From Pristiophorus japonicus (Eukaryota): DNA of 64,000 bases. The notes under the pieces were generated by a model. It was given only the letters and a program-made list of their open reading frames with translations. It was not told the origin of the DNA and searched no databases. The stretch spans positions 110,484,001 through 110,548,000 of the forward strand of contig NC_091994.1 in NCBI RefSeq assembly GCF_044704955.1, read 5' to 3'. The position numbers and the translations under genes are program-made. Shown here piece after piece: positions 63,459 to 64,000 of this stretch (position 1 is its first letter; each line of letters starts with the position of its first letter).

Positions 63459-64000
63459 CGAGTGAACGGCACATTTGACCATTGCCTGGTCACTCTATCC
63501 CACCATGTTGACTATTCCCCCTCGTATTCTGAAACTGAGGCACTACACCGGAATGGTTAAGGTAAACAACAGATTTTCTCAAAAATGTAAATTTTTTGAA
63601 CTTTGTAAACGTTGAAACAATCCTACCCAGGACCTCGAGGAGCTGTCTGGTGAGCTGGACAGTGACACCATGTCCAGTTGGATGTCTGCCTGTCAGCAGA
63701 CCGACTTTGCCGATTCACCCTCCGGAGAGATGGCATGCAGGAATCAACCCCAGAACTGTGTTGCTGCAGGCCACTAGTAGTCCCAGGAGCCTTGGATATA
63801 TCAAAGCCCAAGAATGTTTGATCATCGGACGACATGTTGCCCGGTGCCAAAAGAGGTGTGGAGTGCATCAACCTCCCCACCACCCCGCAGTTGGCTCATC
63901 GCTGGCCTCCTTTCTCCCCCCGCCCCCCCCACGATGGCCTGATGTGGAGGGTTCATAGGAGGCATGCGGCACTTGTGACTCTTCATCTGTCAGTAGAAAG

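Noticed and set aside
39000-64000. Search for PEX14 exons 2 and 3 (..PREPL / IATAVKFLQN)
   Set aside because: No convincing AG-exon-GT candidate found by eye; they probably lie beyond the window, though a ~48-nt exon could have been missed
1-64000. CRISPR arrays or prokaryote-style operons
   Set aside because: None present; the repeats are dispersed eukaryotic retroelements

Overview
Eukaryotic vertebrate DNA, almost certainly a cartilaginous fish (shark): it is dense in CR1, L2 and RTE LINEs, Deu-domain (SacSINE1-like) SINEs, and Penelope and Harbinger remnants. I assembled three host genes by hand from splice sites. (1) A two-exon somatostatin-family precursor on + (CDS 6122-6223 and 8163-8366, 101 aa, ending ...GPCKLFFWKTFSHC; most like SST6 of the cortistatin/SST2 locus). 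(2) A complete six-exon DFFA/ICAD gene on - (35107 to 22614, 302 aa). (3) PEX14 exon 1 on + (35606-35638), head-to-head with DFFA across a ~0.5 kb bidirectional promoter with NRF1, ZNF143, Sp1 and YY1 motifs; the rest of the window appears to be PEX14 intron. The order matches the human CORT-DFFA-PEX14 block. Most notable observations: a stop codon overlapping AATAAA right after the weak DFFA intron-5 donor (an ICAD-S-like isoform); loss of the canonical RK cleavage site in the somatostatin precursor; three RTE-family insertions with twin-priming-type 5' inversions; Penelope remnants with minimal hammerhead cores; a 1.9 kb G-rich minisatellite born inside an L2 copy; and a post-insertion inversion dated by a split TSD. 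No CRISPR, rRNA or true tRNA genes were seen. Repeat family names come from recognition without database searches, and repeat boundaries are approximate.
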